From the NCBI GenBank assembly GCA_965226555.1, contig CBDDDG010000018.1, positions 32,001 through 96,000 of the forward strand: a DNA stretch of 64,000 bases. The letters are read 5' to 3'. The notes below the pieces were generated by a model, which saw only the letters and a program-made list of their open reading frames with translations, ran no database searches and had not been told where the DNA came from. The DNA is from Salinispira sp. (GTDB taxonomy: Bacteria > Spirochaetota > Spirochaetia > DSM-27196 > Salinispiraceae). Of this stretch, positions 30,204-41,289 are shown in pieces (positions within the stretch are counted from its first letter, which is position 1; every line of letters starts with the position of its first letter). Position numbers and translations under genes: made by a program.

Positions 30204-31543
30204 GAAACCTTTGCACATCATCGGGAATAATGGTATTCTGAGGAAAATTCACACAGAGAGCTGGGAATGAGCAATCGGGTTGTATTGCGCGCTGTCCGGC
30301 GCTGAAACAGGAGAACGCAATGGGAAATAATTGGAAAGAACATCATGGATCGCTGATCAATCAGGGTATTCAGGAAAGTAAAGCGCTGAAACGCTTTGAT
30401 AGCCTGTATGAACTGATCAATTGGAAGGAAATTGGGGAGATGCTCTGTGCTATCAACAACAAATCGATGGGAGCGAAAGGATATCATCCGGTTATGATGT
30501 TCAAAGTGCTGTTGCTGCAATCGTGGCAGAATCTCAGCGATGAAGGCATGGAAAATGCTCTTGCCTGCGACTTGGCATACAAGCGTTTTGTGGGGCTCAA
30601 TGTTCTCGATGATACTCCCGATCATTCCACGATATGGCGGTTTCGGGAACAACTGACCCGTAAGAATATTCTTAGTGCGCTCTTGGACACGGTGAATGCG
30701 CAGTTGGACAAGCAGGATTGTGAAGTGCACCGGGGCGCAGTCAGCATAATTGATGCGAGTGTCATACAGGCTTCGCGGCATCGGAAGAAAAAAAATGACG
30801 CAGGAGAATCGACACAGGATCCTGAAGCGGCCTACGCGAGTAAGAGGGGAGGCGATGGAACGGTACGAACAACCTACGGTTTCAAGATACACGTGACGGT
30901 AAATGAGAAGGGACGGGCGAAGAAACTGCTGGTGACTGCGGCTAATATTCATGACAGCAAACTATTTGGCGAATTGATTATGGGAAATGAGACGGTGGTG
31001 TACGCGGATGCCGCGTACCGGAGTAAAGCGATTGCTGCGATGCTTGAGGAGATGGGCATAGAGAATCAGATACATGAGCGGGCGTATCGGAACACACCGT
31101 TAACCGATGAGCAGAAGCAGGCGAATTACGGGCGGTCGCGCGTAAGGAATACGGTGGAGCGGTTTTTTGGTCTGAGCAAACTCCATTGCGGCGCAAGAAA
31201 GGCGCGGTATATGGGAGTTCAGAGGAATCAGAGTCGGTTTATGTGTATGGCGATTATGTATAATCTGAAACAGATGATCGGCATGAAACGGCGAATGGGG
31301 AACATGGCGCCGGAAAACTCTGCGGTTGCGGCATAACAACAGGATAGCTGTGCCCTTATGGCGGTACTGCTGCCGGAAATGAGGGAAATACTGAAAAAAG
31401 ATGAAAAAAAGAACGAATATAGCGCGTATCGCGCCGAAAAAAGATGGAGGATGCTGAAGAGAATAACGTGAAAAACGATGAATAATTTTTTCTGCGTGGA
31501 AAAAAGACTACCGGCAGATATAATGGAGTTATTCAAAAGTTTC
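30204..31543 (+). mobile_element. IS5 family insertion sequence (IS1106-like ends), 1340 bp
   Basis: Ends GAAACCTTTGCA.. and ..TTCAAAAGTTTC; TAATA duplicated at 30199-30203 and 31544-31548; the empty site is visible in copy 2 near 33702. Confidence 0.9.
30320..31336 (+). CDS. IS5 family transposase
   Basis: PDHSTIWRFR, IIDAS, YGFKIH, ANIHDS, YADAAY and RNTVERFFG motifs. Confidence 0.93.
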   Translation: MGNNWKEHHGSLINQGIQESKALKRFDSLYELINWKEIGEMLCAINNKSMGAKGYHPVMMFKVLLLQSWQNLSDEGMENALACDLAYKRFVGLNVLDDTPDHSTIWRFREQLTRKNILSALLDTVNAQLDKQDCEVHRGAVSIIDASVIQASRHRKKKNDAGESTQDPEAAYASKRGGDGTVRTTYGFKIHVTVNEKGRAKKLLVTAANIHDSKLFGELIMGNETVVYADAAYRSKAIAAMLEEMGIENQIHERAYRNTPLTDEQKQANYGRSRVRNTVERFFGLSKLHCGARKARYMGVQRNQSRFMCMAIMYNLKQMIGMKRRMGNMAPENSAVAA

Positions 31544-31556
31544 TAATAAGATCGTA

Positions 31557-31682
31557 CCGAAAATTTTGCTCCGCAAAATTTTCCAATAAGATTCTCCCAT
31601 CTATATATTTGATTCTCTCAAGATATAGAAAGTTTTGCTACTGGAAATTGTGCTTGCACAATTTTCCAAGGCAAAACTTTGT
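31557..31682. mobile_element. 126-bp double-hairpin miniature element with TA duplication
   Basis: atcgTA[ccgaaaatt...caaaactttgt]TAgggaaa, compared with the uninterrupted paralog site atcaTAaggaaa near 33709. Confidence 0.88.
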
Positions 31683-32177
31683 TAGGGAAAGGGAGCAAGA
31701 TACTGCGGGAATTCCCGCGTGTTCTGCTCTCTGACATTCCCGGGCACCTTCCATTTTCTCGTGCCATTATAGAACACAATGGGCAGAAATACCAACTCGC
31801 AGTCATCGGGAATTTCGCCAGTGCGGTGAATGTTCCGATAGAGCAGATTCGTATACTCCGACATGCGGAGGGGCATGTCTTTGTCCACTCCAGATTGATG
31901 CTCAAGGAGCACATAGATAGCAACATCTCCCGTGTGATCCCGACTTCTGATTTTGCAGACAATGTCGGCCATTCGTGTTTTCGCATGGTCGATAAAAAAG
32001 GTACCGTTTTCAATGGTTATATCCTCGATTCGCAATTTTTTCGTCCATGCGCCTCCGACAAAGCGTTGCAGAAATTGGAGCATTATTGCGGGTTGGAACA
32101 GCAGGGAGCGGTATCCTTGGTCGTAGGGAACGGGGGCGGGTTTTTCTTTGAAATCGATCATATAATTCCTCCTGAAC

Positions 32178-32231
32178 GAAAGTTTTGCTACTGGAAATTG
32201 TGCTTGCACAATTTTCCAATGCAAAAGTTTC
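32178..32231. mobile_element. 54-bp miniature element with a 5-bp TGAAC duplication, upstream of the Rpn SD
   Basis: tgaac-GAAAGTTTTGC...GCAAAAGTTTC-tgaac; equivalent copy at 34208-34261. Confidence 0.85.
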
Positions 32232-32282
32232 TGAACGTTTCTTTCTGAATAGGGGAGCTCCCATGGCGACATGGTCCCATGG

Positions 32283-32780
32283 TGAATTCTCCCTTATATA
32301 TCTATAACGGGTAAAATGTCATTCTTGACTATGTATTTTGAAAGAATTTGAAAAAAGTTTTGATACTGAATAGAACTTTCCGCTCGGGATCATCCCTGAA
32401 GGGAGCGCTGACAACGAGAGCGCAGTGAAGGTTCTTTTTTCCCGCAATGTAGCTGGGATTTTCAATGCGGATTTTGTCCATGTCCAGCTTGGCAAGCGTT
32501 GTATCCTCACAGAACAGCCGCAGCAGGTCGGGAATGGGGGCTGGTATGCTCTGTGTCGATACGATCCACGCCCCCGGGGAAAATCCTCAGCGCGAGGTTT
32601 TTGTTGAAATATGAGTATATGAAGTGCCAGAATATCTGAGCATTCCCGAAAACATATTTCCAGCTTTTGTCTTGTACCATTCCTATATATTTTCCGCTCA
32701 TACCATATAGACGGGTTACATATGAATGGTGAATATGAGAAAGTTTTTGAAAAAGTTTCTATTATTTTGAGATATTACTG
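32283..32780 (-). repeat. Rpn cassette leader made of Rpn N-terminal remnants (copies at about 34305-34795, 36290-36630, 50205-50546 and partly 56394-56509)
   Basis: Direct DNA similarity between copies; encodes MSGKYIGMVQDKSWKYVFGN.. and IPDLLRLFC..KIRIE.. fragments. Confidence 0.8.
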
Positions 32781-32810
32781 TTGGACCTGACCCCGGCGCG
32801 GGGAGCGCTG

Positions 32811-33014
32811 CTACGCTTCACCGTTTTTCTGAAATGCTCGAATTTCATCTCCGCTGAGATTGGTGATATCATGAATAATGTCCATCGATATGCCCTTCCT
32901 GAGCATTTTGAGTACCTGCTCACGCTGGAGCTGAGCTTGCCCCTGCTCAATTCCTTGCTCAAACCTGTGCTCAACACCTGCCCGCCATGGCTTATCTAAA
33001 AGATCTACCAACAT
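32811..33014 (-). CDS. Stand-alone RpnS-like small protein (67 aa)
   Basis: SD GAGGAGGT; EQG repeats and an HTH-like tail (MLRKGISMDIIHDITNLS). Confidence 0.72.
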   Translation of the reverse strand: MLVDLLDKPWRAGVEHRFEQGIEQGQAQLQREQVLKMLRKGISMDIIHDITNLSGDEIRAFQKNGEA

Positions 33015-33066
33015 ACGTTTTACCTCCTCAGGATGTTCCTGCCGGCTGCAGGCCGAGCAACGTCAA

Positions 33067-34191
33067 TTAATGCGATCCGTTCCGCAATGCCCGCATTTCC
33101 TCATCGCTCAGCCCGGTAATCCTCTGAACAGCCTCTGTCGACAACCCTTCCAAAAACATACTGCGGGCGTTTTTTCTCCGCTCCTCAATATGCCCCTCCG
33201 CGCGACCTGCCTGTAGCCCCTTCTGAAGTCCTTCTTCACGACCTGTTTGCAATCCTGTCTGAAGTCCTTCCTGCCGACCTGTTTGCAATCCTGTCTGAAG
33301 TCCTGTCTGCAGGCCTTCTTCACGACCTGTCTGCAATCCTTCCTGTCGACCTGTTCGTAGTCCTTCCTGCCGACCCATCTCCGCAATGTGTGCTCTGAAT
33401 GTTTCCGCATTCATTCTGAACATTTTTGCTACCTCCTTACCTCTCGGTTCTTTTGTTCTTTCTAATTGTTTCATTAGCGTGTCAAAGTCTATAACAATTC
33501 CGAACATCGAATCTACCACGCCGACAAATTCCTCTATCAGCTCCAGCGATTCCTCATTCAGCATTTCTGCTATCGCTTTCTCCACCTTCTGAATGTCCCA
33601 ATCCGTATTCAGCAGATTTTTCGAGTACAGATCAAGGTACATAACAGCCGCAAACATTCTTCCCCGCTGCTGTAGCTGCTCCGCAGAATAATCGTTCTCG
33701 CTAATAAGATCATAAGGAAAAGGAGCAAGGTACTGCGGGAATTCCCGCGTGTTCTGCTTTCTGACATTCCCCGGCACCTTCCATTTTCGCGTACCATTAT
33801 AGAACACAATGGGCAGAAATACCAATTCGCAGTCATCGGGAATTGCTCCGGATCGGTGAATGTTCCGGTAGAGCAAATTCGTATACTCCGACATGCGGAG
33901 GGGCATGTCTTTGTCCACGCCGGACTGATGCTCAAGGAGCACATAGATAGCAACATCTCCCGTGTGATCCCGACTTCTGATTTTGCAGACAATGTCGGCC
34001 ATCCGTGTTTTCGCATGGTCGATGAAAAAGGTACCGTTTTCAATGGTTATATCCTCGATTCGCAGTTTTTTCGTCCATGCGCCTCCGACAAAGCGTTGAA
34101 GAAATTGGAGCATTATTGCGGGTTGGAACAGCAGGGAGCGGTAGCCTTGGTCGTAGGGAACGGGTGCGGGTTTTTCTTTGAAATCGATCAT
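33067..34191 (-). CDS. Rpn family recombination-promoting nuclease / PD-(D/E)XK protein type A (intact)
   Basis: YDQGYRSLL, RMADIV, YVLLEHQS, MPLRMSEY, LPIVFYNG, GRQEG repeats; SD AGGAGG before ATG 34191. Confidence 0.9.
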   Translation of the reverse strand: MIDFKEKPAPVPYDQGYRSLLFQPAIMLQFLQRFVGGAWTKKLRIEDITIENGTFFIDHAKTRMADIVCKIRSRDHTGDVAIYVLLEHQSGVDKDMPLRMSEYTNLLYRNIHRSGAIPDDCELVFLPIVFYNGTRKWKVPGNVRKQNTREFPQYLAPFPYDLISENDYSAEQLQQRGRMFAAVMYLDLYSKNLLNTDWDIQKVEKAIAEMLNEESLELIEEFVGVVDSMFGIVIDFDTLMKQLERTKEPRGKEVAKMFRMNAETFRAHIAEMGRQEGLRTGRQEGLQTGREEGLQTGLQTGLQTGRQEGLQTGLQTGREEGLQKGLQAGRAEGHIEERRKNARSMFLEGLSTEAVQRITGLSDEEMRALRNGSH

Positions 34192-34825
34192 ATAATTCCT
34201 CCTGAACGAAACTTTTGCTACTGGAAATTGTGCTTGCACAATTTTCCAATGCAAAAATTTCTGAATAGGGGAGCTCCCATGGCGACATGGTCCCATGGTG
34301 AATTCTCCCTTATATATCTATAACGGGTAAAATGTCATTCTTGACTATGTATTTTGAAAGAATTTGAAAAAAGTTTTGATACTGAATAGAACTTTCCGGT
34401 CGGGGTCTGACAGGAAGGGGGCGCTGACAACGAGATCGCAGTGAAGGTTCTTTTTTTCCGCAATGTAGCTGGGGGTTTCAATGCGGATTTTGTCCAGATC
34501 CAGCTTGGCAAGAATCGTATCCGTACAGAACAGCCGCAGCAGGTCGGGAATGGGGGCTGGTATGCTCTGTGTCGATACGATCCACGCTCCCGGGAACAAT
34601 GCTCCGCGCGAGGTTTTTGTTGAAGTAGGAGTATATGAAGTGCCAGAATATCTGAGCATTCCCGAAAACATATTTCCAGCGTGTACCATTCCTATATATT
34701 TTCCGCTCATACTATATAGACGGGTAAAATATGAATGGTGAATGATAAAATGAGAAAGTTTTTGAAAAAGTTTCTATTATTTTGAGATATTACTGTTGGA
34801 CCTGACCCCGGCGCGGGGAGCGCTG

Positions 34826-36288
34826 CTACGCTTCACCGTTTTTCTGAAATGTTCGAATTTCATCCCCGCTGAGATTGGTGATATCATGAATAATGTCCAT
34901 CGATATGCCCTTCCTGAGCATTTTGAGTACCTGCTCACGTTGGGTTCGATCATGTTCACGCTGGAGCTCAGCACGCCCCTGCTCAAGACCCTCAACCCGG
35001 CCTTTCAGAATACCTTTCTCCATTCCCTGCTCAAGACCCTCAATTCGGCCCTTCGCAATGCCTTCCCTTACGAAGGCGTTGGTAATATTATATGTCCGCA
35101 TACTGTTTTCTCCTACTGAAACTTTTGCATTGGAAAATTGTGCAGAGCACAATTTCCAGTAGCAAAAGTTTCACATTTGGCAGGCCTCGTTGCGCTTGGC
35201 ATTCTCTCATTTTGTAGAAAGTTTTGCCACTGAAAAATTGTGCTCTGCACAATTTTTCAATGAGGATTCTCTCATCTATACTCTTGATTCTCTCACGGTA
35301 TAGAAAGTTTTGCCTCAGGCAAAACTTTGTTGTGGCAAAACTTTGTCCAGGGTACAGTTCCCTGTCAATTTTCTCAAACTGCTCATACAGTCCCAAATCT
35401 TTTATACCGAAAATTGTGCTCCGCACAATTTTCTAATCTGGATTCTCTCATCTCTATTCGTGATTCTCTCAAGATATAGAAAGTTTTGCCTGTGGCAAAA
35501 CTTTGGTATAGCCCAGCACACTTTCTGCCAGATCAGTAAAGTCTTGTGATGACAGACCGTTCAGGAGCTGCGCAATCTCTTTCAGCCCCTCATCGTTCAT
35601 TTCACTGAAAATTGTGCTCTGCACAATTTTCAAATGAGGATTCTCTCATCTATACTCTTGATTCTCTCACGGTATAGAAAGTTTTTCCTAAAGGAAAAAC
35701 TTTGTTATTATCTCTCATAATATACCACAACGCAGTCGATGTATATCGTTTTCCATCGAAACGCCATGCCAACTGATCCTTTGTCATTCTCCTCAGATCG
35801 CACACAATGTACGACACTCTCGCCCTGACATCCACCGTGCCTTCGGTAAGGGATTCGGAAGCAGCATTTCCATGTAAACTGTAAAATGTGAGTGGGAGGT
35901 TCCATTCATTTTTTCCATGGTAGAACAGAAGTATATAGATAGCATCATTTTCATTGTACACATTGCTGTTTCTGAGGGCATATTGGTAGTCATCGATCTG
36001 TGTGAGAGCATGTTTATTCAGGTAGCTTTTGTGTTCAATAATAAAAAGGGCCTTCCGGTCGGGGTCTGACAGGAAGGGGGCACTGACAACGAGATCGCAG
36101 AGAAGGTTCTTTTTTCCTGCAATGTAGCTGGGGGTTTCAATGCGGATTTTGTCCAGATCCAGCTTGGCAAGCGTCGTATCCGTACAGAACAGCCGCAGCA
36201 GGTCGGGAATCATACGGGGGGTTCTGTAGTAGGCAATCTTGAAGGCTATGTCGTGGATATGGCCTGTGCTGTGGAATGATTTTTTCAT
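34826..36288 (-). pseudogene. Rpn type B interrupted by three miniature-element insertions (small ORF 34826-35101 intact)
   Basis: HDIAFK, CDLVV, IIEHKS, LFYHG; insertions at 35116-35346, 35407-35506 and 35605-35705 defined by comparison with 50547-51603 and with each other. Confidence 0.85.
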
Positions 36289-36827
36289 AAATATTCCTCC
36301 TACATCTGTGACGGGAGAAAAGTCATTTTTAACTATGTTTTGGGAAAGAATTTGAAAGAATGTTGTGATTTTTTTCGGGGAGTCGGGAATGGGGGCTGGT
36401 ATGCTCTGTGTCGATACGATCCACGCTCCCGGGAACAATGCTCCGCGCGAGGTTTTTGTTGAAGTAGGAGTATATGAAGTGCCAGAATATCTGAGCATTC
36501 CCGAAAACATATTTCCAGCGTGTACCATTCCTATATATTTTCCGCTCATACTATATAGACGGGTAAAATATGAATGGTGAATGATAAAATGAGAAATTTT
36601 TTCAAAAAGTTTCTATTATTTTGAGATATTGACCCGATCCAGCCGCATGGCGAGCAGAAGGCATGGCGAGCCAACGCGGAGCACCGACCAGCCTAGGAGA
36701 CGCAGCCTCCCCGACCAGCCGTCTTGCTCGAAAAAAGGCAGGCACGGGGGCTGGTCGGCGCCCCATGCCTGCCTGAGTTGAATTGCAACGTTTCATTAGC
36801 CGCTGGGGGCTTCCGCCCTACTGGTTG

Positions 36828-39016
36828 CTATTTGGTGAAAATGTATATTTTGCCAGAATCAACGCCAGCCGTATTATCATCAGTCCGCCGCGCGCCGACA
36901 ATCGCAGTATCTCCATTCAGAGCAACGCTATATCCAAAATTCTCATTTGCTGGCGCACCATCAGTTTCTAGTTTTTGCCGCTGGGTCCAGCCGTTGCCGC
37001 TGACATCCTTGGTGAAAATGTAAGCACTGCCCTGCTCTGTAGTACCAGTGCTATCCTGAAATGCGCCGACAATCGCAGTATCTCCATCAATGGCAACACT
37101 AATTCCAAAATAATCATTTAGTTGTCCGTCAGATGCCGTCAGTTTGACTTCATTGCCCCAGCCACTGTCGCCCTTGGTAAAAATGTATGCGGTACCGGAA
37201 GCATCGCCTTTATCATCACCATTAGACTCTCCGACAATCACGGTATCTCCATCAATGGCAACACTAGTTCCAAACAGATCATCTATATCAGTTGGCGTCA
37301 GTTTGACTTCATTTCCCCAGCCACTGTCGCCCTTGGTAAAAATGTATACGCCGGAATTGGTGCTCAGTGAACTCCCCGGCGCGCCGATAACCGCGGTAGT
37401 TCCATCAATGGCAACACTAGTTCCAAAGAAACTAATTGCAGCTCCATCAGATGCCGTTAGGTTGACTCCATCGTCCCAGCCATCGGCACTGCTATCCTTG
37501 GTGAAAATGTAAGCGCTGCCATGATCATTATCATCAGTATTAGTATCATCAGTATCATCCCAATATGCGCCAACAATCGCAGTATCTCCATCAATGGCAA
37601 CACTAATTCCAAAATAATCATTTGGTTGTCCGTCAGTTGCCATCAGTTTTGCCTGCTGGGTCCAGCCGTTGCCAGTGGTATCCTTGGTGAACACATACGC
37701 GCTGCCGGAATTCATGCCGTTAGCATTAGTCTCAAAATACGCGCCGACAATCGCAGTAGTTCCATCGTCATCCAGATCAACAGTGATTCCAAAATAATCA
37801 CCTGCAGCCGCGTCACTTGCCTCCAGTTTTGCCTGCTGGGTCCAGCCGTTGCCAGTGGTATCCTTGGTGAACACATACGCGCTGCCAGCATTACTACTAT
37901 CCTTATATGCACCGACAATCGCAGTGTCTCCATCTTCATCCAGAGCAACAGTGATTCCAAACTGATCACCTGCAGCCGCGTCAGATGCCAAGCGTTCGAT
38001 TTTGTTCGGAAAAAGAAGTAGTAAAACGGTAGCGCTATTCGACCATGCGCCATCGCCCACAGCGTTAACGGCGCGTACCTGTACGTGGTAGCTGGCGCCG
38101 TTTGTCAGCCCAGTAATGGTGTGGCTTGTGCCGGTGATGCCGGAGCTCATTTCCGTCCATGAGGTTCCGCCGTCCGCGCTATGGCGAAGGTGGTACCCGG
38201 TAATTTCGCTGCCGCCGTCATCGGGCGCTGTCCATGTAGCCGTAAGCGAAGCGTTCCCCGCTTCGAGAGTGGGAGCAGTTGGCGCGGCAGGAACAGTGGA
38301 AGATGCTGTAGGGGTTGCGATGGCAGATTCCGACCATGCGCCGCTTTCTCCGCTCGCGTTGACCGCGCGTACCTGTACTTCGTAGCTGATACCGTTTGTC
38401 AGCCCGCTAATGACGTGGCTTGTGCCGGTAATGCCGGAGGTGGTCTCCGCCCAGCTCCCCTTGCCGTCTTCCCTGTGGCGCAGGTGGTAGGAGCTAATGG
38501 CGCTGCCGCCGGTATCGGTCGGCGCTGTCCATGTTACCGTCAGTCGCTCATTCCCCGCTTCGAGAGTGGGAGCAGCCGGCGCTGCAGGAAGGGTAGCGAG
38601 AGGGGTTGCGGCGGCAGATGGCGACCATGCGCCCTCTCCATTCGCGTTGACCGCGCGCACTTGCACCTCATAGCCGGTACCGTTTGTTAGTCCGGCAATG
38701 GTGGAGCTTGTACCGTCAATGCCCTCGGTAATATCTGTCCAGCTTTCGCTGCCTTCTTCAGCATGGCGCAGGTGATAGTCGGTTACATTGTGACCGTCAA
38801 GCGCATCCCAAGAAACCGCAATTGTTCCGCTTCCCGCCGTTAGTTGCGGCATGGACATGGCAGGCGGCGCGTTGCCATCTACCGGTACGGGATCAGTACC
38901 CGGAACAGGATCTGGCCCCGGACACCCAGCAAGCACGGCAACGAGAACCACGCTCATTATAATCAATACAGAGGACGTCCCCCCCATAACTTTCGTAGTG
39001 GATTAAAATTAAACAT
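36828..39016 (-). CDS. Surface lipoprotein with 3 FN3 domains and 7 FG-GAP repeats; frameshifted at a G7 tract relative to the SD-linked ATG
   Basis: LAGC lipobox; YEVQVRAVN FN3 motifs; DYFGISVAIDGDTAIVGA repeats. The track ORF starts at 38987. Confidence 0.8.
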
Positions 39017-39206
39017 TATTTTAATACTCCTTTCACTAAAAAATATTTGTCGGACAATGTCCGCTTATGTTTCATTGCAGATACGCGCTGAAACCTTTTT
39101 AAGAATTTATAACATAACATCGGAAATATCAACTATCGGCATGAATTTTATGGCAATTCCGCCCACTATCGGCGCTCGTAGGCAGCAGTGCCTGCGGGCG
39201 ATGAAA

Positions 39207-41132
39207 CTAATACCATGATGGTATCAGACTACTTGGCACTCCAGAATGTGAAAACATACCGTTTTTGTCTCCGATGTATTTGCCAGCGGCATTGAGCGTC
39301 CCGGCAGCAGTCGACCAATGATCCTTCCACTCCTCAAGATCGCGATTGAATGCGTGTGCCTGAGCGAACATCCCCTGCATATTCGTTACCAAACTGACAT
39401 TCCAGCTTGAGATATCGCCATTGAATGTGCGTGCATAAAAGAACATCATCCCCACACTCGTTACCGAACTGACATTCCAGCTTGAGATATCGCGATTAAA
39501 TGCGCTTGCCTGATAGAACATCCCCGTCATATCCCTTACCGAGCTGACATCCCAGTTTGAAATATCGCCATTGAATAGACTTGTTTGAAGGAACATATAG
39601 GACATATTCGTTACCCTGCTTGTATCCCAGCCGGAGATATCGCCAGTGAATGCGCTTTTGTCTTCGAAAACCTTGTACATATCGGTTATTGCCGTGGTAA
39701 TAATGTAGTTGAGATTGGCGTTATTGCCCCAGTTGCTTTCTCCCGTAGTTAGCGCTGTTTCCAGTTCAGTTTTATTTTGAGGACTCACGATAACATAAAA
39801 ATATTCGGCAAACAGTATGTCTGTGCCTCCAGATTCAGTGCCGTATACCAGATATGTTCCGGCCGTTGTACTTGTAGTAACCGTAACCATGCCGGTACCC
39901 GAATCAACTGTCGGAACGGTAACCCCTGCGGGCGCAGTTGCAGCGGTAACCGTAATGACTCCTGATCCACTAACCGCGAGAGTGCCCGGTTCCACCGTGG
40001 TCAATGAAACGGTTGGGCTCTCATCGGAAATAATGGCATTAGAGGCAGCCGAAAGGCTTACCGTCGCTGCCGTACCCTCGGGAGTCTGTGTCGATGAAAT
40101 TATTACCGGCGTTTCCGTTGCGGATAATGACCATGCGCCATTGCCTACCGCGTTAACGGCGCGCACCTGTACGTGGTAGGAGGTACCGTTTGTTAGTCCG
40201 GCAATGGTGGAGCTTGTGCCGGTGATGCCGGAGCTCATTTCCGTCCATGAGGTTCCGCCGTCCGCGCTATGGCGAAGGTGATACCCGGTAATGGCGCTGC
40301 CGCCGTCATCGGGCGCAGTCCATGTAACCCTAAGCGAAGCGTTCCCCGCTTCGAGAGTGGGAGCAGTCGGCGCGGCAGGAACAGTGGGAGTTGTGGTAGG
40401 GATTGCGGTAGGGGTTGCGCTGGCAGATTCCGACCATGCGCCGCTTTCTCCGCTCGCGTTGACCGCGCGTACCTGTACTTCGTAGCTGCTGCCGTTTGTT
40501 AGCCCGCTAATGACGTGGTTTGTGCCGGTAATGCCGGAGGTGATCTCCGTCCAGCTTCCCTTGCCGTCTTCCCTGTAGCGCAGGTGGTAGGAGCTAATGG
40601 CGCTGCCGCCGGTATCGGTCGGCGCTGTCCATGTTACCGTCAGTTGTTCATTCCCCGCTTCGAGAGTGGGAGCAGCCGGCGCTGCAGGAAGGGTAGCGGC
40701 GGCAGATTCCGACCATGCGCCTTCTCCGTTCGCGTTGACCGCGCGCACCTGTACTTCGTAGCTGCTACCGCTTGTCAGCCCGGTAATGATGTGGCTTGTA
40801 CCGTCAATGCCCTCGGTAATTTCCGTCCAGCTTCCGCTGCCTTCTTCAGCATGGCGCAGGTGATAGTCGGTTACACTGTGACCGTCAAGCGCATCCCACG
40901 AAACCGCAATTGTTCCGCTTCCCGCCGTTAGCTGCGGCATGGACATGGCAGGCGGCGCGCTGCCATCTGCCGGTACGGGATCAGTACCCGGAACAGGATC
41001 TGGCCCCGGACACCCAGTAAGCAGCGCGGCACACACCGCGCAGCATACGACAAACAGGGAGTACTTCCCTCTTTTTGAGATCGCTGCATGGCAACGGTCT
41101 CTTTTTATAGTAAGTGTATTGAAAAGTATCAT
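39207..41132 (-). CDS. Surface lipoprotein with 3 FN3 domains and BspA/DUF285 repeats
   Basis: LTGC lipobox; FNGDISNWDVSSV repeats. Confidence 0.85.
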   Translation of the reverse strand: MILFNTLTIKRDRCHAAISKRGKYSLFVVCCAVCAALLTGCPGPDPVPGTDPVPADGSAPPAMSMPQLTAGSGTIAVSWDALDGHSVTDYHLRHAEEGSGSWTEITEGIDGTSHIITGLTSGSSYEVQVRAVNANGEGAWSESAAATLPAAPAAPTLEAGNEQLTVTWTAPTDTGGSAISSYHLRYREDGKGSWTEITSGITGTNHVISGLTNGSSYEVQVRAVNASGESGAWSESASATPTAIPTTTPTVPAAPTAPTLEAGNASLRVTWTAPDDGGSAITGYHLRHSADGGTSWTEMSSGITGTSSTIAGLTNGTSYHVQVRAVNAVGNGAWSLSATETPVIISSTQTPEGTAATVSLSAASNAIISDESPTVSLTTVEPGTLAVSGSGVITVTAATAPAGVTVPTVDSGTGMVTVTTSTTAGTYLVYGTESGGTDILFAEYFYVIVSPQNKTELETALTTGESNWGNNANLNYIITTAITDMYKVFEDKSAFTGDISGWDTSRVTNMSYMFLQTSLFNGDISNWDVSSVRDMTGMFYQASAFNRDISSWNVSSVTSVGMMFFYARTFNGDISSWNVSLVTNMQGMFAQAHAFNRDLEEWKDHWSTAAGTLNAAGKYIGDKNGMFSHSGVPSSLIPSWY

Positions 41133-41289
41133 TTTACTCTCCTAAAAAAGTTAGTTTTGATACGATGTTTCAGGGAAACATCAATATACATTTCCCACAT
41201 CATTTTTACTAAATTATACCACAGTTTTGCATTGATCAAGTGTTGCCTTGGAAAATTGTGCAAGCACAATTTCCAGTAGCAAAGGTTTC

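Larger units (their letters stand above)
29540..32161 (-). pseudogene. Rpn family nuclease type A, copy 1, interrupted by IS5 and a miniature element (internal small ORF 29540-29920 intact)
   Basis: Near-identical to 33067-34191 apart from insertions at 30204-31543 and 31557-31682. Confidence 0.88.

Noticed and set aside
30218..30952. 244-aa ORF (and 61221-61826)
   Set aside because: Antisense shadows of the transposases
34192..34296. N-terminal extension of Rpn A in the ORF track (also 32162-32272 and 4612-4668)
   Set aside because: Read-through of the palindromic element; for Rpn A the SD points to the downstream ATG, and the NFACT ATG at 4669 overlaps the folC stop
35116..35705. Palindromes separated by about 45-bp spacers, resembling a CRISPR array
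   Set aside because: The spacers are mostly homologous to each other or are Rpn coding sequence, the repeats are heterogeneous and nested, and there are no cas genes in the window
29204..36630. Integron cassette array
   Set aside because: No integrase and no attC-like RYYYAAC...GTTRRRY structure; the units are homologous duplications
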